44,321 bases of DNA. It comes from a virus (Duplodnaviria > Caudoviricetes). Positions 1 through 8,385 of this stretch are shown one piece after another. The stretch is from positions 1 to 44,321 of the IMG/VR virus record IMGVR_UViG_3300024331_000116; one strand, written 5' to 3'. Position numbers and translations under genes: made by a program. The notes beneath the pieces are model-generated. The model was not told where the DNA came from and ran no database searches. It worked only from the letters and a program-made list of their open reading frames with translations. The number at the start of each line of letters is the position of its first letter. Position 1 is the first letter of the stretch.

Positions 1-438
1 CCCTCGTATGCGGTCCACTCGGCTTTGGGCGCCAGAGCCAACCGCTCGGTCTTCATGGTCTCCCAGTAGTTGACCATGCGAGCCGGTTCCATCAGGTTCG
101 CAACCATTCCTTTGCGCGAACGCTTGCCGTTGATGTCCAGGGTCTTGCCCTGGCAGCAGGCAATGGGGATGTACCGACCCGGAAGCACACGACGATCAAT
201 GATCTTGCGACCGTTCAGTCGGTACCACTCGACCTGACGCAAACTGGATGGACGCTCGACCGCAACCTCTTTGCCGTCCTTCTTCTCCACCGCGAAGTTG
301 TGCTTTCGAGGGTCTTTAAGTGCGGTCTTCAGCACTCCAGGCTGGAAGTCACTCTCGAGCCGGGTCGTGTTATCCGCCATCTTGAAGAGGCGCTCGGGCT
401 TCTCCACGATGCGGAAGTACTCCGCCAAGCGAATCTCG
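1..438. repeat. Terminal direct repeat, copy 1 (circular overlap with 43884-44321)
   Basis: Base-by-base comparison with the window end gives 425/438 identity; it lies inside the portal ORF. Confidence 0.97.
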
Positions 439-1094
439 GACTGGTTCTCCCACTCCAAATCATCGCCCGTGGCACCCGGTACCCAATCCTCCCGCTCTAC
501 AGCCGGATAACGTGAGTGAAAGACCTTGCGGTCCATCTTGGTGCTGATCAGGTAGCGCAGCGCGTCAGACCCATCCGGCAGCACGCTGTCCGGATCGCGG
601 TAGACCGTGAACGTATTCAGGATCGGGAGTATCCGTAGCTCCTGATCGAAGCTGCGCTCATTCACATACTCACTCACCAATCGGCAGTAGCCCCACCCGA
701 TATCCAGGGCTGAACCCGCAGCGGCGTCGTACGCAACTGAGGCCTGGGAGCGGTTCTCGATGTGCCGGGTAAGCCCATTCACCACATCCGCGGTCTCCGC
801 GGTCGCATCTTTGACTGGATGGCACTTGATCCGCGGGCGCTGTTGCTTCAGCGCGTTCTCGATGCGCTCGACGTACAGGTCCGTGTAGTTGATGGTCAGG
901 GATAGCCGGCCATCTACTTCACGCTCGGCGTACAGGGTTTGCGGCCACTGATCGCCATCCCTGAACTTCTTGGCTTCCAACCCCCGCTTGCGGTTGTCGG
1001 ATTCCCCATCCTCCACCTGCTTCAGGAAGTCGCGCGCTTCCTCGTAGATCTCCTGGTCGGTCTGGGCGTAAGCGTCGCGCTTAGCGTCGTCCAC
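1..1094 (-). CDS. P22-like portal protein, N-terminal part (continues through the circular junction to 42827; about 716 aa in total)
   Basis: Manual translation from GTG 1094 (AGAAAGGA upstream): MDDAKRDAYAQTDQEIYEEARDFL...FRDGDQWP...LTINYT...GWGYCRLVSEY...TVYRDPDS...EIRLAEYFR, in frame with ORF 42827..44311. It follows terL. Confidence 0.9.
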   Translation of the reverse strand, partial: MDDAKRDAYAQTDQEIYEEARDFLKQVEDGESDNRKRGLEAKKFRDGDQWPQTLYAEREVDGRLSLTINYTDLYVERIENALKQQRPRIKCHPVKDATAETADVVNGLTRHIENRSQASVAYDAAAGSALDIGWGYCRLVSEYVNERSFDQELRILPILNTFTVYRDPDSVLPDGSDALRYLISTKMDRKVFHSRYPAVEREDWVPGATGDDLEWENQSEIRLAEYFRIVEKPERLFKMADNTTRLESDFQPGVLKTALKDPRKHNFAVEKKDGKEVAVERPSSLRQVEWYRLNGRKIIDRRVLPGRYIPIACCQGKTLDINGKRSRKGMVANLMEPARMVNYWETMKTERLALAPKAEWTAYE

Positions 1095-1139
1095 GCAACA
1101 TCCTTTCTACTGGCTCGGAGGCTCGCGCAACAATGTTGC

Positions 1140-2513
1140 TCAAAATCCCCAGACCTTGCGCTGCGGGACCACCACTTTGGGCTTCTCCACGGGCGTCACC
1201 AGCTCGGGGAACAGGTCCGAGATCGCCCAGACCAGCGCATCCGCGCGATTGGGGGAGTGTTCGCCCATGAAGCCGTGTGTCGTGAAGCCAAACAACTCGT
1301 CCTCCAGTTCGGGGAAATTGCCCACCAGCCGCACCCTGCCGGTCTCCATGAGGCTCGAGACAGGCTCAGCCCTCACAGCCTTACCGCGGCTCGCGGTGAC
1401 CGCCTTGAACGGCGTACGAGGGCGTGCGGTGTGAATGACGTTCCTCACCATAGCGCCCCCAAAGTTCACTTCCGCGACCACAGTATTTGCCTGATGGCGT
1501 TCGAAAGCCTGGGTGGCGACCTTGCCCCACGTAGCGGGGCCCACCTTGCAGGTGCAGTCCTCGAGGACGTATCCATTACCATCCGTTCCGAGACCGGCGA
1601 CGACGATTCCGATCTCATCGTTGTCGATATTGTCAGTGTCATCGGCACCGGAAGGATCCACGGCCACAACGACCCGGACCATGTCAGGTAAGTGGTCATC
1701 GGTGACCCGCCAGCATTCCAAAACCTCATCGACAAACAGCGCATTCGGCGCGCTCTCGCGAAACTCACCTTCCAAGAATCGCTTGCGTAAGCGCGCTGAA
1801 AGGCCTTCCAGCGTCTTTAGGTAATCCCCACCCAGATTGGGCAGGTTGTCCTTCGGATTCAGCTGCATGCTCGCGTAATTGGACTGATCGACCAATGTAC
1901 GCTTGGTCTCCGGGTCCACCAGCAGCCGAAAGACCTTGTACGACCAATGCCCCTTATCCGGAGGGTTCTCGTCGTAATACATCTTCAGCGGCAAATCACT
2001 CTGCTGCCCCTGCAATGTCTGTTGCACACGCTGCGCAAGGCGAGTGACCGCGATGTTGCGGCTACTCCAGGGGATCTGGCTGCACTCGTTCAGGTGTAGC
2101 GTCACATACTCGTTGCCGAGGATCTTCTCCGTGCGCTCCTTGTCGTCCAGTCCACCGAACCAGTATTCAGATCCATTCGGGAACTGCGCGTACAGATCGG
2201 TCTTGTTGAGCTCGTACTCCGTCCCTGGAAAGCACAGCTTCATCACCTTGGGGAAGGTGTCGAGCACGATCGAGGCTTTGATATGCCCTAACCGATAGCG
2301 TAAGGACGCATGTCGACTACCGGGCGCTTTCAATGCGCGCACGCAGATCGCACGCACGATCAGGAATGTCTTGCCGCTTCTACTGCCGCCAAACAGCATG
2401 ATGTGCTGGGCGGCGCTGGCCAGGAGCCGATTGGCTTCGAGTTGTTTGGGGGTGAGCTTAAAGCCCGGCGTCGTCGTTGCTGATGGTGATGTTGGTAGTG
2501 CCACTGTGCTCAC
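1140..2513 (-). CDS. terL: Terminase large subunit
   Basis: Walker A GGSRSGKT, Walker B-like LHLNECSQ, coupling motif ENPP, and a C-terminal RNase H-like nuclease (VAVDPS...AEVNFGG...SPNRADAL). Confidence 0.95.
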   Translation of the reverse strand: MSTVALPTSPSATTTPGFKLTPKQLEANRLLASAAQHIMLFGGSRSGKTFLIVRAICVRALKAPGSRHASLRYRLGHIKASIVLDTFPKVMKLCFPGTEYELNKTDLYAQFPNGSEYWFGGLDDKERTEKILGNEYVTLHLNECSQIPWSSRNIAVTRLAQRVQQTLQGQQSDLPLKMYYDENPPDKGHWSYKVFRLLVDPETKRTLVDQSNYASMQLNPKDNLPNLGGDYLKTLEGLSARLRKRFLEGEFRESAPNALFVDEVLECWRVTDDHLPDMVRVVVAVDPSGADDTDNIDNDEIGIVVAGLGTDGNGYVLEDCTCKVGPATWGKVATQAFERHQANTVVAEVNFGGAMVRNVIHTARPRTPFKAVTASRGKAVRAEPVSSLMETGRVRLVGNFPELEDELFGFTTHGFMGEHSPNRADALVWAISDLFPELVTPVEKPKVVVPQRKVWGF

Positions 2514-2787
2514 GGCCCTGCACGTCCTTCCAGCCCAGTTGCTTCAGGCTGAAGATCGCCATCGTGACATTGACATCGCCATTCAACGCTTTGCGTTCGA
2601 GTGCAGACTCTTTCTTGGCGACGCACGCTTTTAGAGCGTCTGCTAACTCACTCATTTCGTAGAGCATTTGGCGCTGGACGCCATGCTGATAGGCGAACTC
2701 AGCGACAATGGGAATGTCCGTCAATTCAATGTATTGCAGCAGCGCTTCAAGCAGTTCGGCGCGATCCCATTCACGCGGACGGACCAT
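2458..2787 (-). CDS. terS: Terminase small subunit (P22 gp3-like)
   Basis: 109-aa helical protein directly upstream of terL; AIFSLKQLGWKD...EHSG C-terminus typical of this family. Confidence 0.75.
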   Translation of the reverse strand: MVRPREWDRAELLEALLQYIELTDIPIVAEFAYQHGVQRQMLYEMSELADALKACVAKKESALERKALNGDVNVTMAIFSLKQLGWKDVQGREHSGTTNITISNDDAGL

Positions 2788-3190
2788 CGGTCACCCCGCA
2801 GACATCAGCTTCGCGGCACAGCAGATGGGTCTTGCCGTCCACCATCACGTCTTGGAAGCGATACCCTTCGCCCGAAAATATGTTGAGCCCTCCGAGCTCG
2901 ACCGTATCCCCGACGTGGACCTGCGTCGGCCTGAAGATCGCGGTATCCCGTACTGCGGTGCGTTCACGGCGACCCGTTTTGTCGTCGATCTTGTAGTCGT
3001 AACGCTTTTCGTAGGCGCCCGGGCCGACTGCTCTGACGATGCCTCGCAGAGGTCGTCCGAAGCGAACAAGGTCGATGACGTGGCTGGGCTGCCAGTCGAG
3101 GGGCTCGAGGAGGATGCCGTCGCGCAAGGGGCGGAGCGTTTCACCTTGGGCAACGATATCAGGGGTCTTGGACTCAAAGGGGTCATTCAT
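2771..3190 (-). CDS. groES: GroES/Cpn10-like co-chaperonin
   Basis: LRPLRDGILLEP...RGIVRAVGPG...RPTQVHVGDTV...VDGKTHLLCREADVCGV aligns by eye with GroES IRPLHDRVIVK...RGEVLAVGNG...PLDVKVGDIV...IDNEEVLIMSESDILAIV. Confidence 0.8.
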   Translation of the reverse strand: MNDPFESKTPDIVAQGETLRPLRDGILLEPLDWQPSHVIDLVRFGRPLRGIVRAVGPGAYEKRYDYKIDDKTGRRERTAVRDTAIFRPTQVHVGDTVELGGLNIFSGEGYRFQDVMVDGKTHLLCREADVCGVTDGPSA

Positions 3191-3402
3191 TTCCAGTCAG
3201 CACGTACTTTTGCCAGCGCATCGAATGCCTGATCAAGGCCTGCATCCGGCGTTCTGGTTTCGCGCGTCATGGCCTGCATTAACGATTCAGCGCTAAACTG
3301 GATTGGGCCGCCCAATGGTCTCCATCCCTCCCTAATCAATCCTTGGACATGCTGTTTCAGCAGCGTGGGATGACCCTCGATCATGATTTCGTACTCAATC
3401 AC
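3187..3402 (-). CDS. Small DUF1737-like hypothetical protein
   Basis: VQGLIREGWRPLGGP...LMQAM pattern; stop overlaps the start of the groES-like gene. Confidence 0.55.
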   Translation of the reverse strand: MIEYEIMIEGHPTLLKQHVQGLIREGWRPLGGPIQFSAESLMQAMTRETRTPDAGLDQAFDALAKVRADWK

Positions 3403-3524
3403 TTCGCACGCTTCTTCGCACGGTACTGCTCATACGTGGGTTTCTTCGGAGGCTTGACCCCCATGAGTACGGCAAGTGGTGTTGATTTCGCGGACACGTG
3501 TCGAGCCTGTATGAGGTGGATGGA

Positions 3525-3553
3525 AACCTATTCTTTTCGCAGCGTAAACGCAA
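3525..3553 (-). promoter_or_regulatory. Candidate late (pR'-like) sigma70 promoter
   Basis: Minus strand TTGCGT-N17-TAGGTT in the AT-rich gap between the Q-like/HNH genes and the packaging operon. Confidence 0.45.
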
Positions 3554-3620
3554 CAGTTTCAATCGATTTACGCGGAAATAGTGCGTGTTCTCAATGAGGA
3601 AGTTGCACTAACATTATTGT

Positions 3621-4010
3621 TCACGTCGTGTGAACAATAAGAACACTGTTGGTTGAGTTCCACGTGGAACTATGCAACCGACAATGACAAGCCTTGCACA
3701 GCCATATCACATCCAAGGGCTTGGAATAGTCCTCGTGATGCTTCTCGGCCTTGGATGCGCCACACTCCTGGCATGGCTGAGCCTCCAACAGACCACGCCG
3801 CTGATACGTATTCGCGTAGGCGCGAGCATTGGATTTGAACCGCTGCTCGGGCGTCAGCTCCGAATAAGCCTTCCGACTGGCGTTCTGAACGATCCGTTCG
3901 CAGGGCATGCAATACGTCTTTGGAGCTCCACGAGCATTACGGACGCGCGTATGTAAGGCGCAGCAGCGACGACAGATGAAGTCCTCGGGGTAATACTTAT
4001 GCCTGAACAC
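3621..4010 (-). CDS. Zn-finger/HNH-like endonuclease
   Basis: CxxC pairs plus PCQECG...EKHHEDYSKPLDVIWLCKACH. Confidence 0.7.
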   Translation of the reverse strand: MFRHKYYPEDFICRRCCALHTRVRNARGAPKTYCMPCERIVQNASRKAYSELTPEQRFKSNARAYANTYQRRGLLEAQPCQECGASKAEKHHEDYSKPLDVIWLCKACHCRLHSSTWNSTNSVLIVHTT

Positions 4011-4464
4011 GCGCTACCTCCACGGGCCGGCGCGTAATCTCCTGCCCCACCTCAATCCGTCCCAGCAGGAAGTGATAGCCGTTCTCCAGCGCGATGTAGT
4101 ACGGCTTCGGTCGGGGATATCCCAATTCACGTGCCTTACGCAGGACGGTGATCGCCTGGCCTTCATGATCGGATCGTGGCACCACGAAGTGCACGAACAG
4201 CACCCGATGGAGCTCCTCCGGCATCATAGGCAGCTTGCGGATCGCGAGTGAAACCGCGAGTGCATCCTTGGTCATCACCTCCCCAAAACGCTGTCTGAGC
4301 GTGATGGACTTCGCGTCCATGTCGCCCATGTTCGCGCGCTCGAAGCTGGCGACCGAAGGATAGCCTTCCCCATCACTGGTGAGGATCCAGCGCATCGCCC
4401 GTCCCCAGGAGCAGCAGGCTTCCTTCACCCCATCCAACATGGCAGCCGTAGCTGAGTTCATCAT
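3997..4464 (-). CDS. Putative Q-like late antiterminator/transcription regulator
   Basis: 155 aa; WG...GYPS N-terminus and C-terminal HTH-like KARELGY; position just before the late promoter region. Confidence 0.5.
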   Translation of the reverse strand: MMNSATAAMLDGVKEACCSWGRAMRWILTSDGEGYPSVASFERANMGDMDAKSITLRQRFGEVMTKDALAVSLAIRKLPMMPEELHRVLFVHFVVPRSDHEGQAITVLRKARELGYPRPKPYYIALENGYHFLLGRIEVGQEITRRPVEVARVQA

Positions 4465-4769
4465 TGCACCCCGAGCGCGTGGACTCTGTTCAGCGCCGCC
4501 AGCGCTTCACTGACTGAAGTCACCACCGGCGTTTGAGTATCGGCGAGAAATTGATTCTGTTCGGGCTGATCGGTGCGAATCCGCGCTTTAGGCTTCTTGC
4601 CGATGAGCGGTTTGCACTCCAGGGTCTGCCAGCAGAAAAACTGATGTCGGTTGCACCAGAACCGGCAGAGCAAGTCGCACGGCTCCTGGATGACCCAGAC
4701 CTTGATGTGCGCTTCCCGTAAGCCATCCACGATGTAGGTCTGAGTCGCATCTGTCTTGCGGGCCCTCAT
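4461..4769 (-). CDS. PD-(D/E)xK nuclease (VRR-NUC/resolvase-like)
   Basis: RARKTDATQ..IVDGLR...PCDLL...LECK...Q..F...VVTSVSEAL pattern. Confidence 0.65.
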   Translation of the reverse strand: MRARKTDATQTYIVDGLREAHIKVWVIQEPCDLLCRFWCNRHQFFCWQTLECKPLIGKKPKARIRTDQPEQNQFLADTQTPVVTSVSEALAALNRVHALGVQ

Positions 4770-5083
4770 GCGGTTCCCCCCAAGTGATGCGACTCGCAGA
4801 AGTTGCGCGCGAGTTGGGCATCATGGTGGTACCCCAATAACTTCGGCACAGGACTCTGCAAGCTCCAGGCGTAGTACATCAGCGCATCCTTGAGCTTGGT
4901 TCCTCTTAGCTCGTATCGCCCGTCCTGGGTTCTCTGTGTTGCTTTCACGGGCGGCAGCCAAACGAGCTTTCCCTGAGCGGCGGAGCGTTCCTTTAGCAAC
5001 GCCATCATTTGGGCCTGCGTCTTCAGCTTCGGCTCGGGCGGACTCAGAGCGGACTTCGGGTATGGCATTAGGTAAGCGCTCAC
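4766..5083 (-). CDS. Hypothetical protein
   Basis: 105-aa ORF whose stop overlaps the next start codon. Confidence 0.6.
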   Translation of the reverse strand: MSAYLMPYPKSALSPPEPKLKTQAQMMALLKERSAAQGKLVWLPPVKATQRTQDGRYELRGTKLKDALMYYAWSLQSPVPKLLGYHHDAQLARNFCESHHLGGTA

Positions 5084-5103
5084 TTACGGTGTAGACTGTG
5101 CCT

Positions 5104-5124
5104 TGTGGACAAACCTGTGGAAAA
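5104..5124 (-). promoter_or_regulatory. Two tandem DnaA-box-like sites
   Basis: Minus strand TTTTCCACA (5124-5116, matches TTWTNCACA) and TTGTCCACA (5112-5104, 8/9), 3 bp apart, intergenic. Confidence 0.55.
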
Positions 5125-5129
5125 CCTAC

Positions 5130-5390
5130 TCAAACTGATCTGCAGCTTCCCGGAGGCGTTTCTTGAAACGCAGGTGCCGTGTTGCCTTCGAGGTCACTGG
5201 CTAGCGGCTCTGGAGTCTCGGAAAGCAGCGCGAGCTTTTCGCGTAGTCGCTTGCCGATAGCCGTGCACTCGAATTCGCAGGCCGGACACCAGTTGCGAGC
5301 CGACAAACCACGGGCGTAGTGATTGCAGGCCTCGCAGACCCGATACGCCATCGGGCTACCGTGCTTCAGCAACATGATGTCTTCAGTCAT
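5130..5390 (-). CDS. Small Zn-finger hypothetical protein
   Basis: CEAC...WCPAC motifs. Confidence 0.5.
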   Translation of the reverse strand: MTEDIMLLKHGSPMAYRVCEACNHYARGLSARNWCPACEFECTAIGKRLREKLALLSETPEPLASDLEGNTAPAFQETPPGSCRSV

Positions 5391-5569
5391 CGCGAATTGA
5401 CCTCAAATGCTCACGTTGCCACCGCGCCAACCTCGGCTCAGCCCGGAATTTCGCGTGCCGCGACCGCCCTGCTCTGGATCGTTTGGGCTTCGCCTCCGTA
5501 GGTCCCGGCTTCCACGCCCAACCCAACTTTCTGCTCACTCTGACCTCACTCCCCTCCGGCCCCATGCTG

Positions 5570-5860
5570 GAGGTGAACTAGGAAACAAGAGCCCCCCTAA
5601 CCCCCATTGCTGAGGGCCAGCGTTTTGGCATGCCGTATGGAGCCACCGAGGTTTCCATTCAGCTCAGAGGGTTTTTTTACGTACCCCCCCGACTTAACCC
5701 AACCGCTCAGGCGTGATACGCTGCGGGCCGTCGGCATTGAAGCGACGGCAACGATTCACATCCAAGCGGATCCGGAACTTGCACCCGGCTGATACGCGGC
5801 AGATTTGAGTCCATGCCGAAGGACAGAGGCCCGGAGTTAACCGCTCTGGGCCTTTTCATT
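5570..5860. other. Structured, probably non-coding region at the lambdoid O/P position; candidate replication origin or primer RNA
   Basis: Minus strand G7-TACGT-A7 (5690-5672) and G5-TTA-G6 (5605-5592); hairpin GCCGTCG/CGACGGC (5727-5749); no convincing ORF. Confidence 0.4.
5827..5860 (+). terminator. Intrinsic terminator antisense to the cro operon
   Basis: Stem AGGCCCGGAG/CTCTGGGCCT with one G-U pair that forms only in + strand RNA, followed by TTTCATTT. Confidence 0.6.
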
Positions 5861-5996
5861 TGGATCGCTATATCTGGTGCGCACAGCGATAAGCGCGACG
5901 CCCTCCGAGACCCAGCCTCAGCGCCTTTGGAAGAACGCCCGGCTCCGCAGGGAGCACACCGCAGGGAGTACGGCGTATGGACGGGCGAAGGAATCA

Positions 5997-6194
5997 TCAA
6001 GCCACTCGAGTCTCAGCTGCGATGGCTTGCTGCAGTCGCTCGAGCGAACTCAAGCGCGGGTCAGTGACCTCTGCGCGTAGGAACTTGTTCAGCCAGGACG
6101 AGCTCAGGTCATGCTTTCGAGCGAAAGCTTCCTGGGTCAGTTTCCGCTCTTTGAGCGTCTTTTTGAGTTGGCCACGAACGTTATGTAAGTCCAT
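5997..6194 (-). CDS. cro: Cro-like XRE HTH regulator
   Basis: 65 aa, LTQEAFARKHDLSSSWLNKFLR..DPRLSSLERL; divergent from the repressor. Confidence 0.8.
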   Translation of the reverse strand: MDLHNVRGQLKKTLKERKLTQEAFARKHDLSSSWLNKFLRAEVTDPRLSSLERLQQAIAAETRVA

Positions 6195-6205
6195 GGCTTT
6201 CTTTT

Positions 6206-6266
6206 TAGCACAATCGTGCTAGCGTGACAATGCATATGTGTCCGGCAGAATTGCACAATCACGCTA
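6206..6266. promoter_or_regulatory. oR-like operator cluster
   Basis: 16-bp imperfect palindromes TAGCACAATCGTGCTA (6206-6221) and TTGCACAATCACGCTA (6251-6266), plus an inverted TAGCGTGACAATGCAT (6220-6235), between cro and cI. Confidence 0.75.
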
Positions 6267-6289
6267 GAGCGACGCCGTACTTTGGGGAC

Positions 6290-6682
6290 ATGCGGCGCTC
6301 ACGACAACACGAAACCCGCGCGGTGCTCGCCAAGAACTTAAGAATTCTTATGGAGCGTCGCGATTGGACGCAGACGGCTTTGAAGGAAAAGTCGGGGGTG
6401 AGTCAGCGTCACATCAGCAGTCTGCTGAACCAGCAACAGGACTGCACTACAGAAATACTGGCCGGTCTCGCCCTGGCCTTTCGCCTTCCTGGCTGGCTGC
6501 TGCTGGTTGCGGATTTACCCGCTGAACTCTTGGACTCTCAAGATATTCCCCTCTTGATCCAGCGCTACCTGAAGGCCGGGCCCGAAGGTCGCAGCCTGCT
6601 CAATATCATGGCGGAACGTGAATCACATCACAATATTGAGCGATCCACCGTGGTTCCCATAGGTAGCGCCAAGCGCGCATAG
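6290..6682 (+). CDS. CI-like XRE HTH repressor without S24 peptidase domain
   Basis: LAKNLRILMERRDWTQTALKEKSGVSQRHISSLL; flanked by operator repeats on both sides. Start placed at ATG 6290 because the upstream GTG lies in the operators. Confidence 0.8.
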   Translation: MRRSRQHETRAVLAKNLRILMERRDWTQTALKEKSGVSQRHISSLLNQQQDCTTEILAGLALAFRLPGWLLLVADLPAELLDSQDIPLLIQRYLKAGPEGRSLLNIMAERESHHNIERSTVVPIGSAKRA

Positions 6683-6718
6683 GGCTTAGGCCTGAGTGCT
6701 TCACAGCATTCTCGCGTT

Positions 6719-6769
6719 TAGCACGATAACGCTTGACAGCAGCAGGGTTCTGCTAGCACTATAACGCTA
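6719..6769 (+). promoter_or_regulatory. oL-like operators overlapping a pL-like promoter
   Basis: TAGCACGATAACGCTT (6719-6734) and TAGCACTATAACGCTA (6754-6769) match the oR consensus; TTGACA at 6733-6738. Confidence 0.75.
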
Positions 6770-6860
6770 TGGCCCCGATCACTTCCAACCCGTCACCCAA
6801 ATCCTCGCCAGGATCGGCGGGACGTTGTGGTCGGGGTCAGCACACCACCGGGAGAGCGCA

Positions 6861-8385
6861 GTGAGTGAATTCGCCGAAATGCTCCGGTCGCAGATGAAGG
6901 CCATCAACGAGGCCTACCTGCAAGGGCTCGCCCACGGTCGCATCAATGGCTATCGGGAAGGACGCGCCGCAGGGTTGGAGGAAGCGCGCCAGATGATGCA
7001 GGCACAGTTTCCCAACATGCAGCTGCCGGAGACGTTGGAATCATGAAGACCGAGCCTGTCTACTTCGTCACCCGCATTCCTCCCATGGGTGGACTGGCAT
7101 TGATGGCGCTGCGATTGGCAGAACAACGAATGAGCTATGGTCCCTTCGAGGGAGGATTCGAGAATCCGGCATATTTCCTAGAGCCGCGGAAACATCTCGA
7201 TCGTTTCTCCGAGAATTGGGTGCTATTCAGTCGCGAGTATTACAACATCATCGACCGCATTGCACGCGGAGAGAAACCATGACTGTCTTCTCCAGCCGCG
7301 CCTATTTGGCCGGTGAGTTGACTCGAATGCGTATCGACATCGAGTTGCGCACGCTCGCCGGTGAACGCTCGGCCGCTCTGTCGCATGCGGCGATGTTGTT
7401 TCTACAGACCGCCCTTCAACTGAAGGCGCTCACGGAAGGCAGATTGCAATGATCATCCCGGGTACGAGGCAGAAAATCGCCGCCGCCGATAGCGCCTTTA
7501 TGTTCGCGCTCACTGCCCCAGTGCTGCCGATCCCGCCCATGGTATCGCCGTGCCTGCCGGGGTTCATGAACAAGCGCCAGGCCGCCTGAAATGAGAACTT
7601 CATGCTCGGTCGATGGATGTGAGCGCTTGGCGGTAGCGCGAACGTATTGCCACAAACATTGGCAGCGATGGAAAAAGAAGTTGGCCGAGTTTGACGCAGC
7701 ACAAGGGGAAAAAGTGTGAGCATCACGATTTCGCCAAGCATGAACGTCCAGCAGATCGCCGAACTGATCGAGCAGCAACAGGCTCCCAACATGTGGGTCT
7801 ACGTGCGCATCGAGTCGATTCAGGGCAAGCCTATCGCAAGCTTAGTGCGCGAGCCGGTGGCGGAATTGGACTGGATTCCTCCGGTGATTGCGCTGAGATC
7901 GCAGCAATGAACTGCAACTGCGAGGCCGGTTCCTTTCAAGGGTCACCGTGTTTGTGTTGTGGCGGCAAGCCGTTGGAGGCTGACGTGGACGATGAAGAAG
8001 ACTTCGGTGGCCGTGGGGATGAGCCCCGCCCGGAAAATAGCGGCGTCATGGACCCGAGGTGTTTCACCAAGCCGATGCCGCCCTTCCCGCGATTGACGCC
8101 GCAGGAGCAGTTTGACGTCGAGATGGCGCAGATCCGAGCCATCGATTTTGCACTGCGCAGGATCTACCGCACGTGATCAAGACCAAACAGCAGGAGGACA
8201 TCAGAAACCTCCTGGACCTGACCAAGCCGCTGCCGGCGAGCGTATTGGGTGAGGGTCCGCTGCTGCCGAATGCGCCCGAGCATCGAGCGCCGCGGCACCC
8301 GGCGAGGTGCGATTGCACAGATTGCTGGAATGCTGGCCAGCGGTATGCCGAGTACCTGGAACAGAAGCAACTGAACGAACTATGA
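6861..8385 (+). CDS. Run of small coupled early ORFs (6861-7046, 7043-7282, 7279-7452, 7716-7910, 7907-8176, 8173-8385), hypothetical
   Basis: ATGA/GTGA stop-start overlaps; no family recognised. Confidence 0.55.

Noticed and set aside
5707-6000. cII-like gene after cro (97-aa ORF)
   Set aside because: It is coupled to the cro stop, but has no HTH signature and runs through the terminator hairpin; it could not be supported as cII.
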